From positions 76,571 through 140,570 of the forward strand of contig DATKRN010000022.1 in assembly GCA_035532155.1 (NCBI GenBank): a stretch of DNA of 64,000 bases. The letters run 5' to 3'. This document shows positions 9,556 through 18,813 of the stretch, in pieces. The position numbers and the translations under genes are program-made. Source of the stretch: Verrucomicrobiia bacterium. Lineage in GTDB: Bacteria > Chloroflexota > Dormibacteria > Aeolococcales > Bog-877. The notes under the pieces are model-generated. The model saw only the letters and a list, made by a program, of their open reading frames with translations. It ran no database searches and was not told the origin of the DNA. How positions within the stretch are numbered: the stretch's first letter is position 1; every line of letters starts with the position of its first letter.

Positions 9556-10989
9556 TTATCCCCGCTGAGATTTCGTCCGCTGCCGTCCCTCGGGACGGGA
9601 AAGCCACGGCGGCTGCCAGGGCGGATGACCACCGAGGAGGGCGTTGGCCTCTGCTGGCCCCCACGACCCCCGCGGATACGGCACTGACACAGGGGGGTGG
9701 TCCACCAGCGGTTGCAGGACCCGCCAGGTCTCCTCGACCGCGTCCTCCCGGGTGAACAGCGAACGATCGCCAATCAGCGCGTCGTGCAGGAGGCGGTCGT
9801 AGGGGTCTGGGGGCTTGCCGAGCTCAGCGGCGAATGGCAGGTCCATGTGGACGTCGCGCGACGCCCTTCCCGCTGCGCCTTTGGAGAGCATGACCACCCG
9901 CAGGCCCGGATCGGGGTCGATCCGCAACACCAGCTGATTTGGATCGGCGTGGCGCAACTCGCCCAAGAAGGCCAGGCGGGGCGGACGCTTGAAGATGATC
10001 CGCACCTCGGTGGCCCGGGCGGCCAGCGCCTTCCCGGCACGGACAAAGAACGGCACCCCTGCCCAACGCCAGGTTTCCACCGCCAAGCGCAGAGCCACGT
10101 AGGTTTCGGTCCGAGAGCCATGCTTCACCCCAGAGACCTTGCGGTAGCCGTCGTACTGGCCCCGCACGCACCGGGCGGGATCGATGTTAGCCATGGCCCG
10201 GAACAGGTCGACCTTCTTATCCCACAGCGCGCGGGGTCCGGGTCCGACCGGCGCCTCCATGGCGACGAGCGCGAGAACCTGGAGGAGGTGGTTCTGGACT
10301 ACGTCGCGCAATGCCCCGACCTGGTCGTAGAAGGCACCCCGGTCCTCCACTCCAAAGTCCTCGGCCATCGTGATCTGGATGGCGGCCACGTGGTCGCGGT
10401 TCCACACCGGCTCGAGGAAGGCATTGGCGAAGCGCAGGAGGGTGATGTCCAGCACGGGCTGCTTGCCCAGAAAGTGGTCGATACGCAGGATCTGGTCCTC
10501 GTCAAGCACGGCCTTGAGCGCGTGGTTGAGCGTCCGGGCCGAGGCCAGGTCGTGCCCGAATGGCTTCTCGATCATCACTCGGCCGTGGTCCGTGAGGCCC
10601 GCGCGACCGAGCGCCGTCACCACCGGAGCGAACAGGGAAGGTGGAATCTCCAGGTAGAACAAGGGCCGGGCGGTGTCCTTTAGCCGAGCAGCTAACCTCT
10701 CGTACGTGGCCGGGTCGTCGAAATCTCCGGTCAGGTAGGTGGACCGCCGAGCCAGCCGCAGGAAGGGCTCATCCTCGACCGCTTCCTCGACCATCTCGAT
10801 GGCTTCTCGCATCGAAGCGACGAAGTGGTCCTGGGACCAGTCATCGCGTCCCACCCCGATGATCGGACCGTCAAGGAGGCCGGCCACCTCCAGGTGATAC
10901 AGGGAGCCGAAGGTCATCTTGCGCGCCAGGTCGCCGGTGATTCCAAAAATGACCAGGGCGTCCGCCCTCTGCGTCGTGGGCTCAGTCAT
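9556..10989 (-). CDS. zwf: Glucose-6-phosphate 1-dehydrogenase
   Basis: ALVIFGITGDLARKM (NADP site), RIDHFLGKQPV (active-site motif), length ~477 aa from MTEPTTQRAD. Confidence 0.92.
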   Translation of the reverse strand: MTEPTTQRADALVIFGITGDLARKMTFGSLYHLEVAGLLDGPIIGVGRDDWSQDHFVASMREAIEMVEEAVEDEPFLRLARRSTYLTGDFDDPATYERLAARLKDTARPLFYLEIPPSLFAPVVTALGRAGLTDHGRVMIEKPFGHDLASARTLNHALKAVLDEDQILRIDHFLGKQPVLDITLLRFANAFLEPVWNRDHVAAIQITMAEDFGVEDRGAFYDQVGALRDVVQNHLLQVLALVAMEAPVGPGPRALWDKKVDLFRAMANIDPARCVRGQYDGYRKVSGVKHGSRTETYVALRLAVETWRWAGVPFFVRAGKALAARATEVRIIFKRPPRLAFLGELRHADPNQLVLRIDPDPGLRVVMLSKGAAGRASRDVHMDLPFAAELGKPPDPYDRLLHDALIGDRSLFTREDAVEETWRVLQPLVDHPPVSVPYPRGSWGPAEANALLGGHPPWQPPWLSRPEGRQRTKSQRG

Positions 10990-11248
10990 GTGAGGCCGGT
11001 GCCCCACGTCGTGGCGACCGCCTGCCCCGGCTCCAAACGGATCCCCCTGTCGCCGCTCTGGAGCGCGTTGGGAGGACACAGCATAGGGTCCGCTCCCAAC
11101 TCCCTTCGCCGCTGGCCGGGGGCGACGGGTGTCGCCGGGGTAGACCTCGATGACGTGTAGTCACTCCTCAACGCCGGGCTCCCCTGCCGGCCTGATCTCC
11201 TCCTGCGGCTCAGCACCCGTGGCAGTACCGCCAGCGCGGGTCCCCAGA

Positions 11249-11746
11249 TCACGGCACGTCGACCGTGACGCGTTGCGTCTGCTGACGCCCGCTAGCCAGC
11301 AGGGGCCGGATCACAAGGCAAACGAGGATGCCGCCGACTAGGAAGACCGACATAGCGATGAGACCGCCGATGTGGAGGTGTCCGTGCGGGAGCGGGTGGG
11401 CGCCGACGAAGGCGAAGAGGCGGAGCATCGGCCCACTAGTGGCATCGATGAAACGCACGAATCCGGCCTCGTGCGAGCTTGAGGAGGCTTCGATGACCAG
11501 GCCCACTGCCACCACCAGCTCGGCCAAGGCGAGAGCCCCTAGGACCAATCGGATGAAGGGCCCTCCGAGGCGTCGCTGCAGCGACGTCTGCGTCGTAGTC
11601 ACCGCACGGGTCCCGGTGCTAGCCGCCGTCGCGGCGGCGGTCGCCGTGGGCTCGACGGCCGCCGTGAGGGGCGGGGGGTGGGAGAGGGAAGGACGCTTCA
11701 TGTTGGGAGACCGGATGGATAGTGTGAGTTCGTCACTACTGTACAT
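11249..11746 (-). CDS. YggT-like integral membrane protein (paralogue A); start uncertain
   Basis: Thr/Ala-rich N-terminus, then two hydrophobic blocks around GFVRFIDATSGPMLRLF. Same layout as 12796-13254 (GFVSFVAKLAGSIAAPF). Confidence 0.55.
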   Translation of the reverse strand: MYSSDELTLSIRSPNMKRPSLSHPPPLTAAVEPTATAAATAASTGTRAVTTTQTSLQRRLGGPFIRLVLGALALAELVVAVGLVIEASSSSHEAGFVRFIDATSGPMLRLFAFVGAHPLPHGHLHIGGLIAMSVFLVGGILVCLVIRPLLASGRQQTQRVTVDVP

Positions 11747-11760
11747 GACGCCCTACCCTG

Positions 11761-12234
11761 GTGGCCATCACGCCAGCCGAGGGGCCGCCCCCACGTGTCG
11801 CTCGGCCGACTGTCCAATCGGTCACCCTGCACATGCCCCGCGTCGAACACGATGCCCTACGTGCGCTCGCGTTCGTCGGCAAACTCAGCATCAATGACCG
11901 CATCGTCCGAGCCGTCACCGCCTTCCTCGCGGCCAAAGAGAGCCGCGAGAAGTTCGAAACGCTGATGGGCACCACCCTGGACCGGTATCGGCGCTTCCTC
12001 GCGAAGCACGCCCCGGGCGAGGGTCCGGGGTTGGTCCCGCGCCGCCAGCAGGCCAGCGACGCTGGCGGCGAGGAGCTGACCTCTCTGCTCCAACAGGTCC
12101 GCTCGCGCGCCATCCTGGACCGACGCGAGGAGTTCGAGGGTCTGCTCCGAACCCTTGTCGCCGGCGCTCAACGCCTGGAGCACACGACTGCGGACCAGAA
12201 CGGGGCGGGACCCGCCCCAGGAGAGCCCTCATGA
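11761..12234 (+). CDS. Hypothetical protein with ribbon-helix-helix-like N-terminus; start uncertain
   Basis: SVTLHMPRVEHDALRALAFVGKLSINDRIVRAVTAFL resembles a CopG/Arc/ParG strand-helix-helix; divergent from 11249-11746. Confidence 0.5.
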   Translation: MAITPAEGPPPRVARPTVQSVTLHMPRVEHDALRALAFVGKLSINDRIVRAVTAFLAAKESREKFETLMGTTLDRYRRFLAKHAPGEGPGLVPRRQQASDAGGEELTSLLQQVRSRAILDRREEFEGLLRTLVAGAQRLEHTTADQNGAGPAPGEPS

Positions 12235-12795
12235 TGACCACCCTCTGTATCGTGCTCGCCATCTGTGCGGTGGGGGCTCCGGCATCGATTGGACGTGACC
12301 TGAGCAGCGCGGGCGCGCCGTGGGACTGGTCCTGACTGCCGAGTTGATCGCCTATGTCGTCGTCTTTCACACCCCGATCGTCCTCATCCTGACGATCGTG
12401 GCCCTGATCGGCCTCCTCGTCGTAGTTTAGGTCGGCATCCTGGCGCTGGCCGCGGTCCGCTACCCCCACGCCCCGCCCCGATTGCCCCGCCCTCTCGAGC
12501 AGTTGGCTGATGGAATGAACCGCCAGCTCGGCCAGCTGGCCACCCCGATGCGGCGGACCCGACGTCCGTCCCCTGAGCGCCGATCACGTCGGCAGGTCGC
12601 GAGGGCAGCCACCCGACCCAATACTCCCGCGGCGGCGCCTTGAGCACCCGCGGCGCCCGCGTTAGCGCCCGCCACCACTGCCCCGGTCAGCCGAAGGCGC
12701 TGGTAGGCGACGCTGGGCAGCCGACGCTGACCGTCGCCGGCGTATCCTCGATCATCAGGACGGCGGGCCCTCTCGCTGCAGCATCCAAGGAGGCG

Positions 12796-13254
12796 ATGGC
12801 CATGGAACAGACTCCGGACACTCAAACCGACGAGACGGTCGTCGAACAGTCGGCGACCTCGCCGTCGACGGCGCCCGGATTCCCAATCCAGTCCCGCGAG
12901 CGGGTCCGCCGCACGCGCACGACGGCACTCAGCCCGGGTTGGCGCTGGACCGAGGCCGTCTGGCTGGCTATCGGAATCGTCGACATCGTCCTGGCGATGG
13001 ACTTCGTGTTCAAGATCCTGGCCGCCGCCAACACGGGGTTCGTCTCCTTCGTCGCCAAGCTGGCGGGCTCAATCGCGGCCCCATTCCAGGGGATCTTCTC
13101 AGAGCAGACCCTGACCAGCGGCCACGTGACGCACTGGGCCGACGTGGTGGCCATCATCGTGTACACGATCGCGGCCTATATTGTGGCTCGCCTGATCATG
13201 CTGATCGCCGGCCCACGGTCCCGCACGACAAGGGAGGGCGATGTGGGGAGGTGA
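12796..13254 (+). CDS. YggT-like integral membrane protein (paralogue B)
   Basis: ATG at 12796 preceded by AAGGAGG (12787-12793); WLAIGIVDIVLAMDFVFKILAAANTGFVSFVAKLAGSIAAPFQGIF...VVAIIVYTIAAYIVARLI. Confidence 0.65.
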   Translation: MAMEQTPDTQTDETVVEQSATSPSTAPGFPIQSRERVRRTRTTALSPGWRWTEAVWLAIGIVDIVLAMDFVFKILAAANTGFVSFVAKLAGSIAAPFQGIFSEQTLTSGHVTHWADVVAIIVYTIAAYIVARLIMLIAGPRSRTTREGDVGR

Positions 13255-13257
13255 GCA

Positions 13258-13581
13258 ATGCTCGCCTTGTTGGCCTTCCTCGTTCTGGTCGCCGTCCGGT
13301 TTGGCGTCGGCACCTCGATTCACCTGCTGTGGATCCTCGCTATCATCGCCCTGGTCCTGTGGCCGGTTGGCTTTGCATTCCCTCAACGCGGCGCCCGCTG
13401 CTACTACTGGCAATGGGCTGCCCTGCCGCCGTGGGACCGTCCGCTGCTGACGTGCCGCCAAACAGCGGCAGATCTGATGTCGACCACCAAGCCCCTCCGG
13501 CCTGCCCACCTGCCCATCTGGAATTTCCCATCTGCACCGTCCCGGCGGTGCCCATCCCGCGAGAGACTGACCGGGCGATGA
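13258..13581 (+). CDS. Small membrane protein (first ~45 aa resemble lmo0937/DUF5670-type two-TM peptides); 3' extent doubtful
   Basis: MLALLAFLVLVAVRFGVGTSIHLLWILAIIALVLWPVGFAF; starts 1 nt after the stop of 12796-13254. Confidence 0.45.
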   Translation: MLALLAFLVLVAVRFGVGTSIHLLWILAIIALVLWPVGFAFPQRGARCYYWQWAALPPWDRPLLTCRQTAADLMSTTKPLRPAHLPIWNFPSAPSRRCPSRERLTGR

Positions 13582-14807
13582 CTGTGCTGTGGCTCGTTCT
13601 CCTGCTGGCGACCGTGGTCCATCAGGCCGCGCACAGTGGATGGCTGCGGGCATGCGGCTCCAGGCTCGATTCGAGCTCCCCTGGCCGGGACTCGGGTGAG
13701 CATTCGATCCCCGGGTGCTCACTGAGCATCAGCGGATCGCCATGTGGACTGCTGGGTCGCTCGCAGACGCTGTGGTCTGGGTCACCGCGGCGGCTGCGCT
13801 CCCGAGCCTGCGGCTGGGTTGTCTTGGGCTTCGCGCGCTGGAACTCGCGGCGCAGTGGCATTGCCCGGGCTCTGATGGGGCACAGGTGCGTCGCTACCGT
13901 CACCGAAGGCGCCTCGACGACGGAGCGTCCGTCCCGAGGGCGCGTGGGCTGGTCAGGTCGGCACCGGTGCGCCACACCAGCCCACCGCGATCTCGGCCCC
14001 CAGGAGGCCTGTAGCCGGCCCAACTCCAGCGGCCCTTGGGCGCCCCACTCCGTAGCCCCTTGCAGGCCCAGAATCGCACCTGGCCGCTCGCGATATCGAG
14101 CTCAGGCCGGCGACAGGAGCCTGTGAGCAGGTGGGCGCCGCGTCGGATGCTGACCCGACGGCGCCGCCGGCGTGGGATCACGGTCGCGGCTGACAAAGTC
14201 TATGTCACACAGGATTCGTCGCCCCGGGTCGAGCCCTGTAGATGCGCCCGCATGTGGCGATGCGGCAGACCTGGTCGCGCAGCGCCATCAGCCGTCGCGA
14301 CGCCCAGGAGCTCGGGTCTCCGCAAAGCCAGTGGTGGCGCAAGCGGATCGAGAAGAGCCTCAGCTTGATGAAGAACCTGGTTGGGGGGCGCAAGCTCCGC
14401 AACCAGGGCCTCGCCCGCAACCGGCTCTGGAGGGAGTTCACGGTGGCCGCCGACAGCCGGTCCGGAGGGGCACAGACTGGCGGCCGGCAGATGACGCACT
14501 ACGACGCGTTCGGCGGCCCCGGGGTGTGGGGCCGAGCGGGCTCGGAAGGATCCCGGGCAAGCCCGTCGGGGCAGTTCCCGCGCGGATCCTCGGTGCCCCG
14601 GCGGCGCACACCTCCCATCTGCTGGGCCTTTCTCGCGCTCTTCAACAGCCTGCTAGTCTTCCATCATCGCGGGCGCCATGCACTCGCTGCTCGGCGACCG
14701 CATGGAGTGGACACGTCGCTGTCGCATCCTCACCTTTGTGAAGTTCGCCCGTTCGGTCACCGCCCACCGCGACGACGTCGCCGCTTCGCTCCATCAGGAC
14801 CACTCTA

Positions 14808-15738
14808 CGAACGTGTTTGAGAACCGGGTAGGCTCGGCGCCTTCCCAGATCGGACGGGATCGGGCATCGAGGGGGGATGCGGTCCTCTCCACGTCCTGCT
14901 CGCCACCCGACCGACCTGACCGATGCTCAGTGGGCCCTGATCGCGCCATTGCTGCCCCCACCCACGACCGGACCGGCGGGGGCCGGCCCCCAAGCACCCG
15001 ATGCGGGAGATCATCAAGGCGATCCTGTACCGGGTCCGCACCGGCTGCGCCTGGCGATGGCTGCCCAAGGACCTGGCACCCTGGCCCACAGTCCCCTGTA
15101 CTTCGCCGCGTGGAACCGGGATGGCACCCTGGACCGCGTCCATGACGCGCTGCGGGCGCGGGTGGGGAGCCGGGTGGGTCGCCAGCCGAGCCCGAGTGCA
15201 GGCGTGGTGGACGCCCAACCGCTGCGCGGGGCCGACCCGGTCGGGACCCCCGCGCGCGGGTACGACGCGGGCACGAAAGCCAACGGGCGAGGGCGCCACA
15301 TCGTCGTCGACAGCATCGCCCTGCTGCTCGTCGTGATGCTCACCGCCGCCAGCCTCCAGGGTAGCGACCGGGGACACGGCATGCTCCGGCGGGTGCACCG
15401 CGCGCACGTCGGGGTGCGCCGGGTCGTCGCCGACGACGGGGACACGGGCCAGTTGGTCGCGTGGGCCGCCCGAGCCTGGCGGATGACGCTCGACATCGTG
15501 CGCAAGCCGCCGCGGCAGCAGGACTTGGCGGCCATCCTGCGGCCCTGGGTCATGGGACGCACCTTCGCCTCGACGATGCACTGCCAGCGACTCGTCCGCG
15601 ACTACGAACGCACCATTGCACACCCGGCGGCGATGGTGAAGTGGGCGATGGTCGGCCTGGTGGTGCGGCGGCACGCACCATCTTCCGGGCGCCGAGCGTG
15701 GGTAGACCGCCGATGATGACTGGTTCTCAAACGCGTTC
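14808..15738 (+). mobile_element. IS5-family (IS427-group-like) insertion sequence, 931 bp
   Basis: Inverted repeats: gaacgTgtttgagaacc (14809-14825) versus the reverse complement of ggttctcaaacgCgttc (15722-15738). Flanked by TA/TA inside a CTAG-like target (tcTA|...|TAgt). Confidence 0.8.
14877..15716 (+). pseudogene. IS5-family DDE transposase with two frameshifts
   Basis: [16 protein letters not shown] (frame 1) -> [44 protein letters not shown] (frame 2) -> [19 protein letters not shown]...VVADDGDTG... (frame 1). Both switches fall in C-runs (~14955 and ~15095). Confidence 0.75.
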
Positions 15739-15953
15739 TAGTGCTCGCGTCGAATCCGTACACCCTAGGCTGCGCCGCCGGACGCGCCTGGTCCGAGGCT
15801 TCCGCTCCTCCATGATCGCCCCCGCCGTGCTCAGACTCGGGGTCTCGGCCCGCCTCGTCCGGGCCGCGCGTGTCCAGGGATCGGTCACAAGCGCCAAGGT
15901 CACAGGCGTCGTGGAGCCGCACTAAGTCAGGGGCTCACCGACCTTGCGTGTCG

Positions 15954-17372
15954 ATGTCGCAGCTGGATAGCAAGCGCTACAAAGCCACCGCAGTTATGGA
16001 TGGGGGTGATTCAGTGAACCACGACTCCCTCAACGAGGAGCAAGTCAATGTGACGCCTCGGTTGGCCGACCTCTCTGTTCGCTTCTGGGTCTTGCTGGTG
16101 CTGACGGGCATCGCCGCCGGTGTCGGGGCCATGGTGATGATGGGGATCCTGCGAACTGTCCAACATATCGTCTTGGGGTACCACTCCGGCGAGTATTCCG
16201 TCGCCGCCTCGCACCGGAGCGACCTGCGGTTGGTGATGATCCTGGCGGTGGGAGGCCTCGTGACCGGCGTCGGGCTCTGGGTCATGCGGAGCCACGGAGG
16301 AACGGGCGGAGAGCCGACCCAAGTCGTCCGGTCCCGTTCTGGGAGACTGTCACTGGTGCGGACGCTGATCAGCGGGGCGCTCTCGGAGGTGACCGTCGCC
16401 ATGGGTGCTTCACTCGGACGGGAGGCTGCACCGCAGCACACCGGCGCCGCTGTGGGTGACGCCTTCGGCCGCCATTTCGGTCTGCCCCCCGGCCAGCGAA
16501 CGCTGCTCATCGCCTGTGGGGCCGGGGCCGGTCTGGCCGCCGTCTACAACGTGCCACTGGCCGGCGCCCTGTTCACGCTGGAGATCTACTTGGGCGCGGC
16601 CTCCATCTCGGCCGCCCTGCCCGCGGTAGCCTCAGCCTCTATCGCCACTGCGGTCGCGTGGATCACACTCCCCGACCACGCTGTCTACCGGCTTCCGGTC
16701 CTGCCGAGCCCGACGCTGTCGCTGGTGATCTTCGCCGTGCTTATGGGGCCGTTGCTCGGGGTGGTGTCTGCAGGCTATGTGAAGACGATCGCCTGGGCCC
16801 GCACCCATCAGCCCACTGGGCGCCTCCTGCTGGTCGAACCGCTTCTGGTCTTCACCGTCTTGGGGGTGGTCGCCTATCGGTACCCGTTGTTGCTCGGCAA
16901 CGGCGTCGACCTAGCCCAGTTTGCCTTTGTCGGAAGCGCGGGACTCTTGACTCTCTTGGTCTTGACCCTCCTCAAGCCGCTGGCTACGGCGGGATGCCTC
17001 CGGAGCGGAGCCTACGGCGGTCTCTTCACTCCGACACTCAGCTTCGGCGCGGTGTTCGGGGCATTCGCTGGCCATTTGTGGGGTTTGGCCTGGCCCGGCT
17101 CGCCGATGCCCAGCTATGCCGTGGTTGCTGCTGCCGGTATGTTGGCTGCCGCCATCGATGCACCCATAACCGGCGCCGCCTTCCTCATCGAGCTCACCCA
17201 TTCCACGACCGGAGTGCTAGTTCCGATCCTGATTGCCGTCGTCGGAGCGACGCTGGTGGCCAGGCGCCTCGACCTGAGATCCATCTACACCGCCGGCTCG
17301 GAGTCGGCCCTACCGACTGGGTCCGAGCGCAGCCAGAGGGCCCGCGGACCGGGCGACCCGGAGAGCACGTGA
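15954..17372 (+). CDS. ClC-family voltage-gated chloride channel/H+-Cl- antiporter
   Basis: GASLGREAAPQHTGAAVG (GREGP-like), CGAGAGLAAVYNVPLAGALFTLE, many TM segments; start codon uncertain (15870/15954/15996). Confidence 0.85.
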   Translation: MSQLDSKRYKATAVMDGGDSVNHDSLNEEQVNVTPRLADLSVRFWVLLVLTGIAAGVGAMVMMGILRTVQHIVLGYHSGEYSVAASHRSDLRLVMILAVGGLVTGVGLWVMRSHGGTGGEPTQVVRSRSGRLSLVRTLISGALSEVTVAMGASLGREAAPQHTGAAVGDAFGRHFGLPPGQRTLLIACGAGAGLAAVYNVPLAGALFTLEIYLGAASISAALPAVASASIATAVAWITLPDHAVYRLPVLPSPTLSLVIFAVLMGPLLGVVSAGYVKTIAWARTHQPTGRLLLVEPLLVFTVLGVVAYRYPLLLGNGVDLAQFAFVGSAGLLTLLVLTLLKPLATAGCLRSGAYGGLFTPTLSFGAVFGAFAGHLWGLAWPGSPMPSYAVVAAAGMLAAAIDAPITGAAFLIELTHSTTGVLVPILIAVVGATLVARRLDLRSIYTAGSESALPTGSERSQRARGPGDPEST

Positions 17373-17559
17373 GGTCCTCGGCAGCCTCGTGGGGTGATGG
17401 CGACGGATGGTGCGCCTCGATCGGTCCTTGTGATGCCCTTGCTGGAGCGCGTCCGAAGTGCAGCAGGCCGCGTGGATAGGGCCGTTGCTTGCACGGTCAG
17501 GCTTTCTGAATCCTGTCGACCATCCACCCCCTCTCTCCTTTCAGGTACAAGTGGTTTGT

Positions 17560-18812
17560 TGCTGACCCCAGCGCGTACCCGTGCAGGAACAGTTCGGCCG
17601 CGTAAGCCCGCGCGTAGGGCTGGAGTACCCCTCGACGCGAACCGTCGTGACTCTTCCGGAGATGGCGACAGCTCCATCTCCGGACCCCACGGTCCGGACA
17701 AGGAAGCTTCGCCGCACCGTCCGGGTATGCCGAGCGATCCCGGGCCCCCGGCCCCTACCGGAAGGGCGCCCGCGGGCCGCCGACGGCCGGCTTCGCATAA
17801 TCCAGGACTCGGCACAACCCGGCCAGGCTCATGGTGGTGGTCGTGGGGACCACCCGCGTGGTCGCCCAGCGAAAGGCCTCGGTCAGCAGGGCCGGGTCCG
17901 CCGCCGGTGGCGGGCCCCCGGCCAGGATGCGCGCGATCGGCGTCTGCCCGGTCTCCGCATCCACCCGGGCGTTGCACGCTGCCTCCTGCCAGGCCCTCCA
18001 GCGGTCGTTGAGCATGGCCAAGTCGTCGATCCCCGCGGCTTCCACCTCCAGGCAGAACCGCTCGCCGATGAAGCGGCCGGGTCGTTCCTGCTTGCCGCGC
18101 CCCTGCGGTTGGTACGGGCGGCTGTGCAGCAGCCGGACCCAGCCCCGCGCAGGTGCGGATCAGCGCCCCGGCACGGTAGGGCGCGCCGTTGTCGACTCAG
18201 TGCCGATCAGGCGGCCCACGCCGCGTGATCGCGCTGCACAGCACCTGCTGCCCGAGGCGGGTGTTCTCCTCCGTCAGCCAGCCACCGTGCAGCAGCAGCC
18301 GACTGTGGTCGTCCCCCACCAGGAAGAGCTTGGCCCGGTGGCTGCTCGCCACGCGGGAAAACCGGTCGAAGGGACCGTGCAGGACATCCCCGATCCAGAC
18401 CTCGTTGGGCCGGCTGGCCTCGTAGCGGCCGTATACCGGCGTGGCGGCGCCCTGCGCTCCTCGCTGCACCCCCAAGCCGGCGGAAGTGCTCCCGCAGCGT
18501 CCCCGCGGCCACCGTCAGCCCGTGCTGGGCGGCCAGGATGTCGGCGATGTGGGCCTTGCTGCGGGCGGGCAGCTCCCGCCGCAGGGCCACCGCTTCGGTG
18601 ACCAGCTCCGACTGGCGCCGCACCGCGCCCTCGTCGGACCGGCCCTGCGGCCGCAACCCGGCCAACCCCCGCCCCCGGTAGGCACGCACCCAGCGGTCCA
18701 CCGCGGGCCGGATCACCCGCGCCACGCGGCCGTCCGGGCCCGCTGGCGGGCGCGCCGTGGTCGCCCGCACCACCCGGCCGCGTTCGAGAGCCGTGAGGCC
18801 GCATTCCCTCAT
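17560..18812 (-). pseudogene. rve-type DDE transposase with Mu-transposase-like C-terminal region (IS481/Mu-like), frameshifted
   Basis: Pieces lie in three frames: RVIRPAVDRWVRAYRGRGLAGLRPQGRSDEG...; YGRYEASRPNEVWIGDVLHGP...KLFLVGDDHSRLLLHG; VDNGAPYRAGALIRTCARLGVRLLHSRPYQPQGRGKQER (18046-18196); DLAMLNDRWRAWQEAACNARVDAETGQTPIAR. 3' limit approximate. Confidence 0.7.
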
Positions 18813-18813
18813 T

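Larger units (their letters stand above)
14140..15925 (+). pseudogene. ISL3-family transposase remnant, multiply frameshifted and split by an IS5-family insertion
   Basis: C-terminal signature LGDRMEWTRRCRILTFVKFARSVTAHRDDVAASLHQDHS | SARVESVHPRLRRRTRLVRGFRSSMIAPAVLRLG is restored in frame when 14808-15740 is removed. Upstream pieces (SLSLMKNL..., ITVAADKVYVTQ) lie in other frames. 5' limit approximate. Confidence 0.6.

Noticed and set aside
12939-14126. 395-aa plus-strand ORF (with a signal-peptide-like internal start MTVLWLVLLLATVV at 13578) and the minus-strand ORF 13622-14023.
   Set aside because: They have no recognisable domains and a Ser/Arg/Pro/Gly-rich composition. The ORF overlaps the better-supported 12796-13254 and 13258-13581 genes in another frame. 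The region more probably holds decayed ISL3 5' sequence.
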